Translations under genes and position numbers: made by a program
Shown here: positions 25,520 through 38,089 of the stretch, piece after piece
How the letters are laid out: each line of letters opens with the position of its first letter
How positions within the stretch are numbered: position 1 is the first letter of the stretch
Notes under the pieces: model-generated
Told to the model about the DNA's origin: nothing
What the model saw: the letters and a program-made list of their open reading frames with translations, nothing else
Databases searched by the model: none
From: Eledone cirrhosa
Taxonomy: Eukaryota
Length of the DNA: 64,000 nucleotides
Direction of reading: 5' to 3'
NCBI GenBank assembly: GCA_964016885.1
Contig: OZ024743.1
Span: 296,608,001 to 296,672,000, forward strand

Positions 25520-26465
25520 TGATGTCTCTATACAAAAGCCTGAGTATTTGTGTTCGGATAAATGGTGCTAAATCGAAACAGTTCAATGTGGATGTAGGAC
25601 TCCGCTAAGGGTGTGTACTGTCACCTCTCAGGATTGACATGTGCAGCCGGGTTGGAAGTGGTATCATGACTAGCAGATGTAAAATCAGTCGGCTGGAATT
25701 TGCAGATGACATGGTGTTACTTAACTCGAGGGAAGATGATCTTCGACTTGCACTTGATAGGTTTAATGCAGTTTGCTGCTTGGCTGGAATGAAAATCAGT
25801 GCTGCGAAAACTGAGACACTCATCCTCTCAAGGAAATCTGTGCAGTGCATTCTACATGTGAATGGAGTTCCACTGAAGTAGGTAGAAAAGTTCAAGTATC
25901 GCAGGGCCGTGTTCACAAGTGATGGAGGGCAAGAGGCTGGTATAAGTACAAGAATTGCAGGAGCTGGTGCAGCAATGCACCAGCTTCAACATTCACTAAT
26001 CAGAAGAAGAAAGGTAGGTATAAAAACTAAACTCGCTATCTTCAATTCAGTATTCATACCAACCCTTATCTATGGTTATGAATCTTGGGTAAAAGAATAC
26101 AATCACGACTACAAGCGACCGGAATGGGGTTCCTCTGAAGGATCTTTGGAGTAATGTTACTCGATAGAGTGCATAACTCGGAGATCAGAGTCACTCCAGG
26201 TAGAGCCACTACTTCTCCAAATTGAGAGATCACAGCTCCGATACTATGGACATGTGGTTAGAATGTCTCAGGGAAGAATCATTGGGCAGATTTTACAGGC
26301 AAAACCAACCAGCAGGAGACCCAGAGCAAGATGGTGGGATAACATCCATGAGCTTGGCTGGTCTCGCTTAGGGATCCAGCCAGATCAGTTGGAGATAGTT
26401 GCTTCTGACAGGACCTGCTGGAAGGAGTGTTTGAAGACTCTGCCCTCACGATCCTGTCAGGAATA
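25520..26465 (+). pseudogene. degenerate RTE LINE (RT C-terminal half plus C-terminal domain)
   Basis: GLR*GCVLSP, LEFADDMVL, GMKISAAKT, KLAIFNSVFIPTLIYGYESW, with stops and frameshifts. Confidence 0.8.
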
Positions 26466-27111
26466 ATTTCAAAGAGAAAAAAAAGCACTCTAAGCTCTCT
26501 ATTAAATAATATACCTCCACTACAATGTCTTATGGAAAAGATAGCAGTAATATCTGCTGTATCAACCATTGTACATCACAGGGCTCCTTCTTCAAGCATG
26601 ATACTTTCATTCTGATTTGGCAGAGGAAAGAATCAGTGTGAGGAAATTGTTTGTGATCCAATCCAATCCAAGGCCTTCTTCCCCCCGTTGGAGGAATCCC
26701 TTCCTGGTTGACCTTTCTGTTTGGTTTTGGTCATGTCAGGTGAGGCTATTTAACCCAAGGCTGGCCATTGACTGAGGAATTCAACCACCCTTTTAAGAGC
26801 TCTTGTTTTTTGTGCTGTGGGGTTCCACTTACCCTCCTCACCAGACCAGAGTCAGGAGGGGGAGCCGCTTTAGTCACCAACCACTTGCCCATCATATGAC
26901 AGGTAATTTGGGGAGATTACTTTTGCCACTGTGAGTGACATTAGGTAAAACAATTATGATTTTAAGTTTTTCAATCAGTCACAAAATCCTTGCTCTCGTT
27001 GTTTAGCTCCAGATAATCTCAAAGATTGATTGTCACAGCATTACAGCTGTGACTGTCCTGTTGTTTTGATTTTTCAGAAATAGTATATCTATGACCTCAT
27101 TATTCAATGTA

Positions 27112-27309
27112 CACAGGTTAGCTGTAAAGTCCATAGGCTGACTATGAAGGATTAATGCTACAGCTGTGAAATCTTGCATGCATTAATTTCAACACTTCTT
27201 ATTAATAATCGCATTGTTTCTTTCCAACGACTATGTTGAAAAATAAACCTCATTTGGTCATTCCATGAGAATATCTTGGTCAGCCTATGAACCTTTCAAC
27301 CAACACTTG
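27112..27309 (-). mobile_element. mariner-like MITE (about 200 bp)
   Basis: TIR AAAGTCCATAGGCTGAC / GTCAGCCTATGAACCTTT with TA flanks. Inverted homolog at 46344-46541. Confidence 0.7.
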
Positions 27310-28456
27310 TATCTTTCCCCTTCCCCTTTAAAACTTGTAAGGTGTGGTATGAGGGAAGTTTGGTTGCTGTTTCTAGCAGACCAAGTGGCTATATAGAGGT
27401 TCTCTTGTTATCTCAAATTATTTTATTTGACTAGGTAAAAACAGCAGCAAATTAATAATTTAAAACATTGGAAGTTGCCAATACTATTTAATAGAATAAT
27501 AATTTCTAACATAACCAAATATCTGACATAACCAAATAACTGAAATACGATAATTTGTCAGTAAAATATATTTTTCCATTTGTAACATTTGAGATGATAG
27601 GGGGAGCTAGGCTGTTGACAATGGGATCTTTGTCATTGTTGGCCGCTTGGATTATTGAAGTATCAGGTGATTCTTGAGGGTGTTTGCCTGTTTGAGCACC
27701 TCAGCCTGGCTATCCCTTGGGGTAATCCTGTGATCATTTTGGATTGTCTCAACATTTTTTTATAGAGGAACACCAGCATTTCCTGTGCCAGTGTGCAATT
27801 GAGTGTGCATGTCTTTTTTTTCTGGTTCATTTTTATTGAATTGTTGCTTTTGTAAAACATATCCACACCGACAATAATAAACTCTTTGCAATATATCAGA
27901 ATTTATCACTAAAGATGAAAGAAGCTACATAGACATTAATGAAGTAGATATGTCACCAAACCAAATCTCTACTCACTGTTATCAGAGTGGAGTTAGTTAC
28001 CTGCAAGTGCAATCCCCACGGGGTGGAGTGACAGTTGCAGTATATCTCCCTCACCATCCTCCAGGACAATATCTTCTGCATCCTGTCTGCCAGGACCATG
28101 AGGCTGACAGAATTTAAACCTGCATTGGTAGGTTTGAAGACAATTCCACCAATATTGTTTTTCCCAATTTTCATTTTTTTCAATCAGTATCAAAACAATA
28201 GAAAGAGCATTATATCTTTAGGCCAATATATCAAACGTCATATTTTGGGCTGTGTTATTGACTTGGATATATCACCTTGCAATGTCGTTCTTTTTACCCT
28301 TTCATTAATGAACTTCTAATATGCTTCTATTTATTTTTGAAATAACCAAAAAATTTGAAGGAATTTAATAAAATAGAAATTTTTCATAATTAAACTGATA
28401 TTTAAAACAATACTTAAGTAACATTTCTAAAATAAAATTATGATGAATTGTTTTAA

Positions 28457-28656
28457 CCCTTCAGCATTTACATTACTCTTTATATACTATTATATTTTTT
28501 GGTAATTATTTCATATAATATCAAATCTGAGATTTTGATGATATTTATTTTGAGAACAATACCTTAACATCAGTATGAGTGGCTGGTTACAGCTGATTTG
28601 AACAGAAAGTGGTGAGAGAATTTTGGCCGGATATGGCTGGTTTAAATGCTAAAGGG
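28457..28656. mobile_element. piggyBac-like MITE
   Basis: TTAA-CCCTTCAGCATTTA ... TAAATGCTAAAGGG-TTAA (TTAA TSD, 14-bp TIR with one mismatch). Confidence 0.7.
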
Positions 28657-29244
28657 TTAAAATAACTATAAACATTTTGAAATGAACAGTTTTGTATCAG
28701 AAATCAAGAGTAGTTTCAGGTCGTTTGTTATAAAAAGAGTTAACTAAAAAAAAAATGAAGAAACCAAAAAAAGTAACAAAAGGGGTAAAAGAAATTTTTC
28801 ACACCGGAAATGTTAGAACATTATTTTATTCACAAAACCTTTTATGTCTGCAATCTTGCTGATGTCTTCTTGAACAGCTTGGAACATTAAGATATCACAG
28901 TTTAATAATATACACTCAGCCAGTCATGTATTGATGTACAGAAAGATGCAATGTTTTCCACTGTTTGATTTCAGATCAATTCTATGGAATAGATCTTCCA
29001 ATAGTGATTGATTGGTGTCCATCTATAAAACTGATGTATTTTGCTTGAATCACCATTTTATCTTCAAAGATATCACTGATAAGTGAGGCCTTTTTTAGAA
29101 ATCAGTCTTTCTTTAATATTGAAAAAAAAAGCACATGAAATATATATATGTATTTATTGAATATTCAAACATTTTTTTTTGTACCTTTCAACTTGGCAAC
29201 CACATTCAGAGAGGGGGCTGGGCAAGAGAATATATAATATACAT

Positions 29245-29349
29245 TCACACACACACACACACACATATATCATTGCCATTTTACATCAGTTTTCTATGCT
29301 TGCTTGCATGGATATATATATATATATATATATATTCACATATACAGAT

Positions 29350-29380
<31 letters not shown>

Positions 29381-29592
29381 CAAATACACACACACACACA
29401 CATATATATATACAAATACACACACACATATATATATACAAATACACACACACATATATATATACAAATACACACACACATATATATACAAATACACACA
29501 CACATATATATACAAATACACACACATATATATACACACACACACACATATATATATACACACACACACACATATATATATATACACACACA

Positions 29593-29638
<46 letters not shown>

Positions 29639-29680
29639 TGCATATATATGAATATATATATATATATATATATGTGTGTG
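29245..29680. repeat. compound (TA)n/(CA)n microsatellite with a higher-order unit of about 22-24 bp
   Basis: Repeated TATATATACAAATACACACACACA. Confidence 0.95.
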
Positions 29681-30814
29681 AATATATTCATGAATATGTG
29701 TCTTCTGTTATGGACTTGGGCAGACCAATGCCTTGTGAATGAATCTGGTAGATGGGAACTGTGAAAGCCCATGGTTTGTATGTATACATTGGTGAATCTC
29801 GTACCATACTGAAGTATGGGTTTATATATATAAAACCCCTTTTTGGTCATATATTTCTAATGAACCATTTCAATTAATTAATGAAGAATTTTGAGGGATT
29901 TACTAACATTATTTATTATTTCATTACTAAGGTAGTAATTTTAGATATGGTTCTTATAGTAAGTTATGTTGGAAGATTTTAATTTAAATCAGAACCCTTT
30001 AAAAATGGATGGTTTTGTTTCATAGAACCAGAGCCAGTTTTGCATAAAAAGGTTTAACATGTGTTGTTAATAGAGATGTGTAGAATTTAGTTGAGGGGAG
30101 ACAAGGGATCACAATAGAAGATTAACAGAAGGTAAATAATTCTTGCTGTCAATGATGCTTTTTCACACGAAGGTAGGTTAGATAAATAGACCTGTTGGTT
30201 TTCACAACAAGCATTCTATTATTCAACCAATAGAGTTGTATGCTTGTGAAATTTATAACTGAGCATTCTTCAGTCATGTGTGCCCTTAACACACCATATA
30301 TACTTCAATATAAGCCATGGAATATGTGACCTAAAAACCGATGATAGATGTGAGGGTGGTTTTCGCCAACTTCAAATTCTATGTAAATAAGGTTTGGATT
30401 TTTGCCCATTTCTCAGACATAAAACAGTGGGGTTAGCTTATATTTATATAGACTTATACTCAAGAATATATGGTAATTCTTATGGAGATTCAGTTTTAGT
30501 TGTTGGTACAGTCCATTCAAAAGGTTTCCATACAGTTTCCCTCTACCTAATTTCATTCACAAGGCTTTGATCAACCAAAAGCTTTGGTAAATGACATTTG
30601 CCAATGTTATGCAGTGGGATAGAATCCAGTACCTTATGATTAGAAAGCAAACTACTTAACCATCCTTCCAAGCTATGTCCACTTTTTTTCAGACTAACTT
30701 ACAACTGTTTGTTTAAATTTTATCCCAATTTCTGAGATAAGGAATTATCATTATTCTAAACGGATTTATTCAGACGAGGTGAGAACACTAAATCTGAATA
30801 TATCAGTTAATTGA

Positions 30815-32032
30815 TAATGATTTCTGATTTAGACACAAGGTCATCAATTTAGTGGAAGGGGAAGTCAATTAAATCGACCCCAGTGGGTTACTGGTACTTT
30901 ATTTTATCGACCCTGTAAGGATGAAAGGCAAAGCTAACCTCGGTGGGATTTGAACTCAGAACGTAAAGGGACGCAACTCTATGCTGCAAAGCATGTTTAC
31001 CGACGCTCTACCGATACTGCCAATCCACAGTTAATTAATAATAACTGATTATCTTCCCTCATTAGTTACAACCAATATTCAACAGGTAAAAAAAAGAAAA
31101 ATGTTTCCTGCATCTAATAATAGATTAAGGAAATATTTCTTGGTACATCACAAAATATTTAGTCAAAAATAAAAATTGAAAAATAATAATGATAATTATA
31201 ATAATCATAATAATGGTTTCTAAATTTGGCACAAGGCCAGCAATTTTGGGAGCAGGGAAAGCCAGTAATATCAACCTCAGTACCTTATTGGTACTTTATT
31301 TTATTGACCCCTAAAAAATAAAAGGCAAAGTTGACCTCAATGAGGTACAAGCTCAGCACATAAAGATATGGCAAAGCATTTGTCTAATGCTCTGATTCTG
31401 CCAATCTACCACCCTTGTTTCTAATATTGGCACAAGGCTGGAGGGGGCAATCAATCAGATCAATTCTAGTATAGACTGGTACTTTATTTATTGTCTTTAA
31501 TGAGAAATGTCAAATTCTATTTGGAAAATAAATTGAGTAAAAAAATAATTATAATTTAAATGTAGAAATCAGAAAAGTTATCTTGCCTACCCAAATAGAT
31601 ACTATTTTGTTTGTCATTTGATGATATATGTTAATGAATAAACCAAAACCAAAGAAATTAAAAATAACTATTTCCAGAGTTGTGTTTTCTACACAAAAAA
31701 AGGAAAGGACCCTTAATTTGACAGGATTTGAACTCAAAGCACAATAAGCTGTAACAAATACCAAAGTATTAAATCAGATGGCATAACAATTTTGTCAATT
31801 TGCTACCTTTCCACAAATAAAACATTAATAATTGTTTCTGATTTAGGCACAAAGCCAGGAATTTTGGGGGCGGGGAAGTCAATTAAATTGACCCAATGCA
31901 TTACTGGTACTTTATTATATCAACCCTTTAACCTAACCTTGACCGGATTTGAAATCAGAACATAAAGGGCCGTAACTCTAGGATGCGAAGCATGTTGTCC
32001 AACACTCCACCGATACTGCCAATCCATCGCCC
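30815..32032 (-). mobile_element. cluster of SINE family A copies
   Basis: Copies at about 30815-31028, 31212-31415 and 31830-32032, plus fragments. Confidence 0.8.
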
Positions 32033-32927
32033 TTAATAATAATAATAATAATGGTTTCAGATTTAGGCACAGGCATAGGACAAGCAATTGGAAAAAGGGA
32101 GGGGACATTATTTTATCAACCCTGGAATGAGACAGGTGATCCATTGTCTGTCCACTGAATTTCTTATGAAGCTATTCCAGCTTATAACTGAAATTAGACC
32201 AGACTTTATTTGCACACTGCACCACCCTATGAGTCTATAAGATAATACTGGAGGTAGGGGGTGGGGGGGATATGAGCTAAGTTCAAGATTGGGTGTCTAT
32301 TTTCTAAGTATAAACATTTACCACTTTCAATTTTTATTCTAACATATAATAAATAATCTTAGAGAAAAGTAATTGTAGCTGATATGCTTTCAAAAATATG
32401 GGGTCCATGGGAAATCTACTTAAATAAAAGAGGCTCTTGCTAGTTAAAAGGTTGAGAACCACTGCAATATACAATTCTTTATTATGAATGGAACTGTATA
32501 TAGTCCATGTGTTTCTCAAAATCTAAGACTATTCCAAAAATGGTAGGGCTTCACTGGAAACCTTTTATCGTATCACATTATATATCAATTATAGCAGACA
32601 ATAAGATCACACGAAATCTGTAAGGATTTCCTATATATACCATATACACTGGTGTATAAGTCGCACAACATTCTTGGCTCAGTACTTGATATGAATTAGT
32701 GTTCTTTTAAGTCCAGTGGATAAGTCGTGACGTATACCCGAACCAATAGCAACAAACAGAAGTATTTGAAATACTAAGTGTTGTTTTTGTTTTTGTTTTC
32801 TTCTTTCATTCATATACATTTAACATTTTAAAAAACCCATCACCTTTTACTTTCAGAAAACCAAAGTTGCTTTGTTAAGTACTTTCTAGTAGAGCAGGGG
32901 TGCCCAACTTAGTTGTGTGTGTAGGAG

Positions 32928-33183
32928 GAGGAGGGCATACAGTGGTGCCCAACTTGGGTGGGAGGGGGATACTGTGGTGCCCAACTTTGATGGGAGGGGG
33001 ATACTGTGGTGCCCAACTTTGATGGGAGGGGGATACTGTGGTTCCCAACTTGGGTGGGAGGGGGATACTGTGGTGCCCAACTTGGATGGGAGGGGGATAC
33101 TGTGGTGCCCAACTTGGATGGGAGGGGGATACTGTGGTGCCCAACTTTGATGGGAGGAGGATACTGTGGTGGCCAACTTGGGT
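32928..33183. repeat. 32-bp G-rich minisatellite, about 8 copies, inside a probable hAT MITE (about 32895-33442)
   Basis: Unit GGGAGGGGGATACTGTGGTGCCCAACTT(TGAT/GGAT/GGGT). The element starts CAGGGGTGCCCAACTT. Confidence 0.9.
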
Positions 33184-34010
33184 ACAACAGTAGCACTGGG
33201 GGATTCTGTGAGCTAAGTTCAAAATTCCAAGTATTTTTATTAAAAACCTATGTACACACTATTGAGTATCCAATCTTCTCTAGGTACATTTCTCTCTTTC
33301 GACTGTTATTCTCGCAGTATAACACAATCTGGGCGAGGAGTACTTGTAGCGGAAGATGTCCTTTCAAAAATCTGGTGTCTGCGGGGGTTAATTGTTTAAA
33401 TAAAAAGGGGTCCTTGGTAGTAGAAAGTTGGGGAACTACTTGTAATAAATAGACAAATCAATAAACGTTGCTTGTACTTGAAGGAAATATTTGCACTTGG
33501 AAATAGCTATAACCATAGCTACATTCTTAATACATGGCGTAACAGCGATAGAGTGAGGATTTTATAATGAATAATATTTCTAAAGGAAAAAAAAAAAAAC
33601 CGAAAGGAAAAAATTATTTGTCAAATAAATTCAAAAATATGTTTAAATCTATGATGAACTGTCATTTTTCTGTTTTAAAAGTCGTTTCATTATTTTATAA
33701 GTTTGTAAGCATGTTTATATATATATATTTGAGTTTAAACTAAACTTTTTCAAATATAATCAGTGCCATATGAATCAATGATTTGTTGCCATTTAAATAT
33801 CTGGTCCCACCATATGTTGTTAATGTCTTTTGAAAGTAAGTTTGGCATTTTATTTATGGATTCTGTATACACAAACACATATATATATATACATATATAT
33901 ACTTGTCCAATTATTGAAAACCAACTGTTGATTTTTCTTTTAACTTTACTTTCAAATTAAAACTGAAAACAAACCCCCAGCAAACGAATGTCTGGTTATC
34001 AATCAGTTTC

Positions 34011-34931
34011 TCAGGCCATAAATACAACAAATATTATAAAAAATACTATAAGAACACAGAAAATTTTGAGCATAAGCCATCTGTTTGAAGAAACAGACTG
34101 AAAGTATTTCAATATCTCGCCGTGAGCCATTTCTATATTAAGCTCAGCATTGTCAACGTTTGAGTCGATCCTATTTACCATTTCTTCCTGTTCTTTTACC
34201 ATTGTGGCTAATCTTTGGAAAACAGTACCTAACTCGACAATAGTTGATTCAATATTCTGCATTGTCTCTGCTCGGTTTTGAACGTAGGCATCTTGTTCGT
34301 CAATCAGCTGGATTTGGTCTTGATTATGCCGGTGTTGAGAAAAATTCATATCGATAGACAAGTCGTTTGGTTTTGTCCGATCGCTTTCCTCTTCGTTTAA
34401 TAACACCGAACCTTCTCCAGACATGGTTGTAAGTGGGAACACAGCCGATTGAGAGAACTGCTCGCGGCGTGTTTTCTGTTGTTTTAAATTCTCAGTGCGT
34501 ACTTCTAAAACTGTCTTGAATTCGTTAGACATTGTAGCCAGTCTTGACTGTAAGGCGACCACCACCGAAGAAGAATGTGTTTGTTGGTGCCGACCATTAT
34601 GATATTTTTGTGCTCGTGCTATTTCCTGTAATTCAGCAATCTGTTTGTTTAAAGAAGTAATATCTTGTTTGATAATAAAAGTAAGATCTTGGATTTCTGT
34701 CGGCTTGTCATCAAACAATGATTTCCGTTTAGCTAATAAAGTAAGCTTTTCAAGTTTGGCGAAAGTATTTGCTAAATCTCTACCGATGTGCTTCGCCTTA
34801 ACTGTGAATTCAGTTCGTTGTAGCTTAGTTTTGCTAACTTGAGTCCGTGGAGTGACAACTGTGTTATTTTGTCGTGACTGTATTGATTTGACTGCTGACA
34901 GAAATTCACTGGTTCGGTCCCGGCACGTCAT
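34011..34931 (-). CDS. STX5: Syntaxin-5 (Golgi Qa-SNARE), single coding exon
   Basis: N-terminal RDRTSEF Sly1-binding motif, LEKLTLLAKRKSLFDDKP, SNARE motif (MQNIESTIVELGTVFQRLATMVKEQEEMVNRID) and a C-terminal TM anchor after SSNRWLMLKIF. Confidence 0.97.
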   Translation of the reverse strand: MTCRDRTSEFLSAVKSIQSRQNNTVVTPRTQVSKTKLQRTEFTVKAKHIGRDLANTFAKLEKLTLLAKRKSLFDDKPTEIQDLTFIIKQDITSLNKQIAELQEIARAQKYHNGRHQQTHSSSVVVALQSRLATMSNEFKTVLEVRTENLKQQKTRREQFSQSAVFPLTTMSGEGSVLLNEEESDRTKPNDLSIDMNFSQHRHNQDQIQLIDEQDAYVQNRAETMQNIESTIVELGTVFQRLATMVKEQEEMVNRIDSNVDNAELNIEMAHGEILKYFQSVSSNRWLMLKIFCVLIVFFIIFVVFMA

Positions 34932-35399
34932 GTTTAGTAAGTTGTGACTGGTAGTAAAACAGAAATATACAAAATAATTTCACTGATGGGCAATATGTTT
35001 CTGAGAAAATTAAAAGGAAACAAACCTTTATCCTTGTTTGTGAGTAACTAATGTGGGCCCAAGCAAAATAGAGGGTACCTCAATTACGATAATCCAAGAT
35101 GCGGTTATAGGAATGAATATAATCCGGATATTTGGATCATTCGATCTTGACACATTCTATACGTAACATATGTAGAACAAAATATAGAAATAATGTTGAA
35201 ATGGCTTGACAAGTCTTTGCCGTGTTGTATCACTTCTTCGCTTTGATTCAAACAATTTACCAGCCAACTCCAGATATAAAGATTTATAATTCAACTTACG
35301 ATATAACAGCGGCAATATATATATAGATGAAAACAGAAAGAAAATAAACGAACTGAAAGGAATAAATATCTGTAAAGTAAGTTAATCTGTCATACCAAG

Positions 35400-36775
35400 T
35401 CGTATTTAGATATCCATTTGTAATTTGACAGTACACGTCATTTCAGACACCTAGGAGGAAATTATTTCCCTTAGTTACTCTCTAATATTTTAAAAGAACG
35501 ATCGGAGTTATCTGCTCCTTGTATTCAAAGGTAAATACTTGAATAGCTTGTCTCGTAAGAGAAGTGCTGCTCTGGACATCCGCATGTGATAAATATATTA
35601 ACACAAGTAACAGACTTATATACTCCTAAATAAGCCCCAATTTTTTTACTAAGACAAGAAAAAATTAGGTGGGCGCGAAAACCGCTTGCGATTTATCTAC
35701 TCAACATTGTCTTAAAATATTGGTTTCTGCTTTAGGCACAAGGCCAACAATTTTGAGAAAGGGTTAAGTCGATTAAATAGACTTCAGTGCATTACTGGTT
35801 CTTTATTTTATCGACCCCGTAAGGATGAAAAGGAAACCCAGAATGTAAACGACTACTTACTGTGATCACTTTTATGTAACTGAAGAATATATAAAATTAA
35901 AAGCTTAATGTAAATCAAACAAACAACTATAGTGCTATTTATCGTAATTTATTGGGAAATTTAAAAAAATAAACTTTTTTTTTTTAAATATTGTTTGAAA
36001 AAAGACTTGTAAAAAATTTAACTTTAAATAATAGAAAAAATCCCATTCTAAGTTTTTTGAAATTTCAACTGCTTCATTGAAATATTGATATTACTCTATA
36101 TATCAGTACATTACCAATATTACTCTACTCATTCGCTGTTTTCAAATTGTATATGTATATATACACCTTAAGCGTTAAATAAATTATTGGTTCGTAATGA
36201 TCTCATTTGTATCACTATTCAGAACTTGATAATTGGCTTAATTAAACTAGTGAGATTGTTTCCACTAATATTAATCCGGGAAAACTACTGTATTTTGATT
36301 TATGTACTTTGTATCATGAAAAATCAAAGAAGAGTTTTATCATCTATTTAGATAAATGGAAATGTAAAAAGTTTCGTTATTTATAAATATACATATATAG
36401 TTATGAAATTACATTTTTTTCTGTCAAATGTGAATTTATCGACAACTATATTTCAATAAATTTTAGTTAATATTTATATATAATATAATTTCATAAAATA
36501 TTTTTTAAAATTGATTAATCAATCGATCAATACAAGTTATGAAAACTTTATAAATTTATTATTAAACGTGGATTTATCGACCGATTGTATTTCAATAAAT
36601 ATAACTTAATATAACTTTCAAAATAAAAGCCATTGATCTATCGATCAATCATTACAAGTTATGAAGATTTCGGACCATAGTTATTTGCCCTTGTCAGTAG
36701 CCTTCTTCTGTCATAGCAGACAAAATGTAATGGCCGCCTATCTTACATTATGATGGCATTGAATTGATGGTAAGT
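35400..36775. promoter_or_regulatory. putative bidirectional promoter region and non-coding first exon on +
   Basis: Repeat-poor stretch. E2F-like GGCGCGAAA at about 35672, ATCGAT (DRE-like) motifs at about 36522 and 36640, YY1-like AATGGCCGCC at 36729-36738, and a strong donor ATG|GTAAGT at 36770. This assignment is inference. Confidence 0.45.
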
Positions 36776-37838
36776 TCCTTCGCTTTCTTTATCACCCTTC
36801 TATTACATTGCTACACTCACCAAATATATTACAGCTGTTGAATAACTACTCATATTCATCACATTTATACAATCTCTATCGACAGAAAGTATTTTTTTTC
36901 AATATCAAATTGGTTTCATTTTTTTTGTTTTTTGTTATTGTTTCTACTCCCCCTTCACACATTTACAACCTTCTTCATTCGTTTTGTTTTATTTTTTTCT
37001 TTAATGCTTTATTTTCATTTCATAGTAGTTTTGCTTCTAGAGTGTATTCTAAGTTTTCATGCGATTTATGATATGATTTCTGTGTATTCAAACTGTTGAC
37101 TATCGTAACCATCTGTTGTTGGGATGTATATGTACTTGCAATGACGGTTATAACTCGTGTTGTTGAAAGCAGTAACAACATTCCTTGTGGGCGCCACCTA
37201 TTTTGTTATCATTGCCAATTTATACTCTGAAGAAAATCAACAACCTTAGTATTAGACAAAGTGTTTTTGGCTGAAGAATTTCATTACATTAGTGATCCAT
37301 GCATATACTACATATATATACCAATGCATTGAATACGTCGCACTTAAAACTCTGACACATCTGTCCCCTTTCGAGATCGAAGTCTAATATATGGTTTCTT
37401 CTGATTGACTTTTTTTCTTTATCTTATATAAAGTAATGAAGAAGCGAGTGAGGTGGGGTTATTATCAGTCTCCCCTACCAATGCCCATACATTTGGTATT
37501 TCGAATTAATAATTATTCAATTTAGGTAAAGCACCGCGCAAAATTTTTTTATACATTACGTCTAAGTATAAAAATTTATTTATGTTTTAATATAAACTTT
37601 TAACATTTCTTTCCTTTATACAATTTTTTTTTAAATTATTTATTTCAAAACAGTTAGTTTTCGCTGGTCATAATACACGTTGTGGTTTCACAACTTGTAA
37701 ATAGGACCTTCACTATCCATATCTTTAAGGGGCTAGAATGTGATGTTATTTACGACACAACTGATATAAGAAGATTCCTTTAATAAAAATAAGTCCCAGT
37801 TTGTTTACGAATAGTAAGTTGACTATACCACTCTAGAC

Positions 37839-38089
37839 GAGTGGTCTCCAATCTTTTCATTAACAAGACTCATTTTATTTAAATGCATTTTTCTATGAAT
37901 CGCACGCTACTCTCCTCCCATTTTATACGTTGAGAATATCAATTAAAAGAGTCAAATGTTTATATCTTTGGAGAAGAACGGATATCGAAGAGCGTGTGCA
38001 TATTGTTTTTAACAAAGTATTTGAAATTTTGAACTTAGCTCACAAACAGCTAATACTACATTTGCTGACCCCTAGGTTGTAAACTACTG
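37839..38089. mobile_element. hAT (Charlie-like) MITE
   Basis: Perfect 8-bp TSD CTCTAGAC (37831-37838 and 38090-38097). Imperfect TIR GAGTGGTCTCCAATCT / AGGTTGTAAACTACTG. Confidence 0.75.

Noticed and set aside
28835-29025. Exon-like stretch on the minus strand (MDTNQSLLEDLF...)
   Set aside because: It has an in-frame TGA, weak splice signals and no recognisable homology.
29135-29850. Long ORFs rich in YI/HT/CV (also at 7088-7806, 11011-11297, 13301-13820 and 14958-15251)
   Set aside because: These are translations of dinucleotide microsatellites that lack stop codons, not genes.
32875-33452. Repetitive ORFs and a CRISPR-like appearance
   Set aside because: Pure tandem 32-bp minisatellite with no unique spacers, in a eukaryotic context with no cas genes.
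35505-35580. Short minus-strand ORF MSRAALLLRDK... upstream of STX5
   Set aside because: About 23 codons with no similarity to the long STX5 N-terminus. It cannot be supported as coding.
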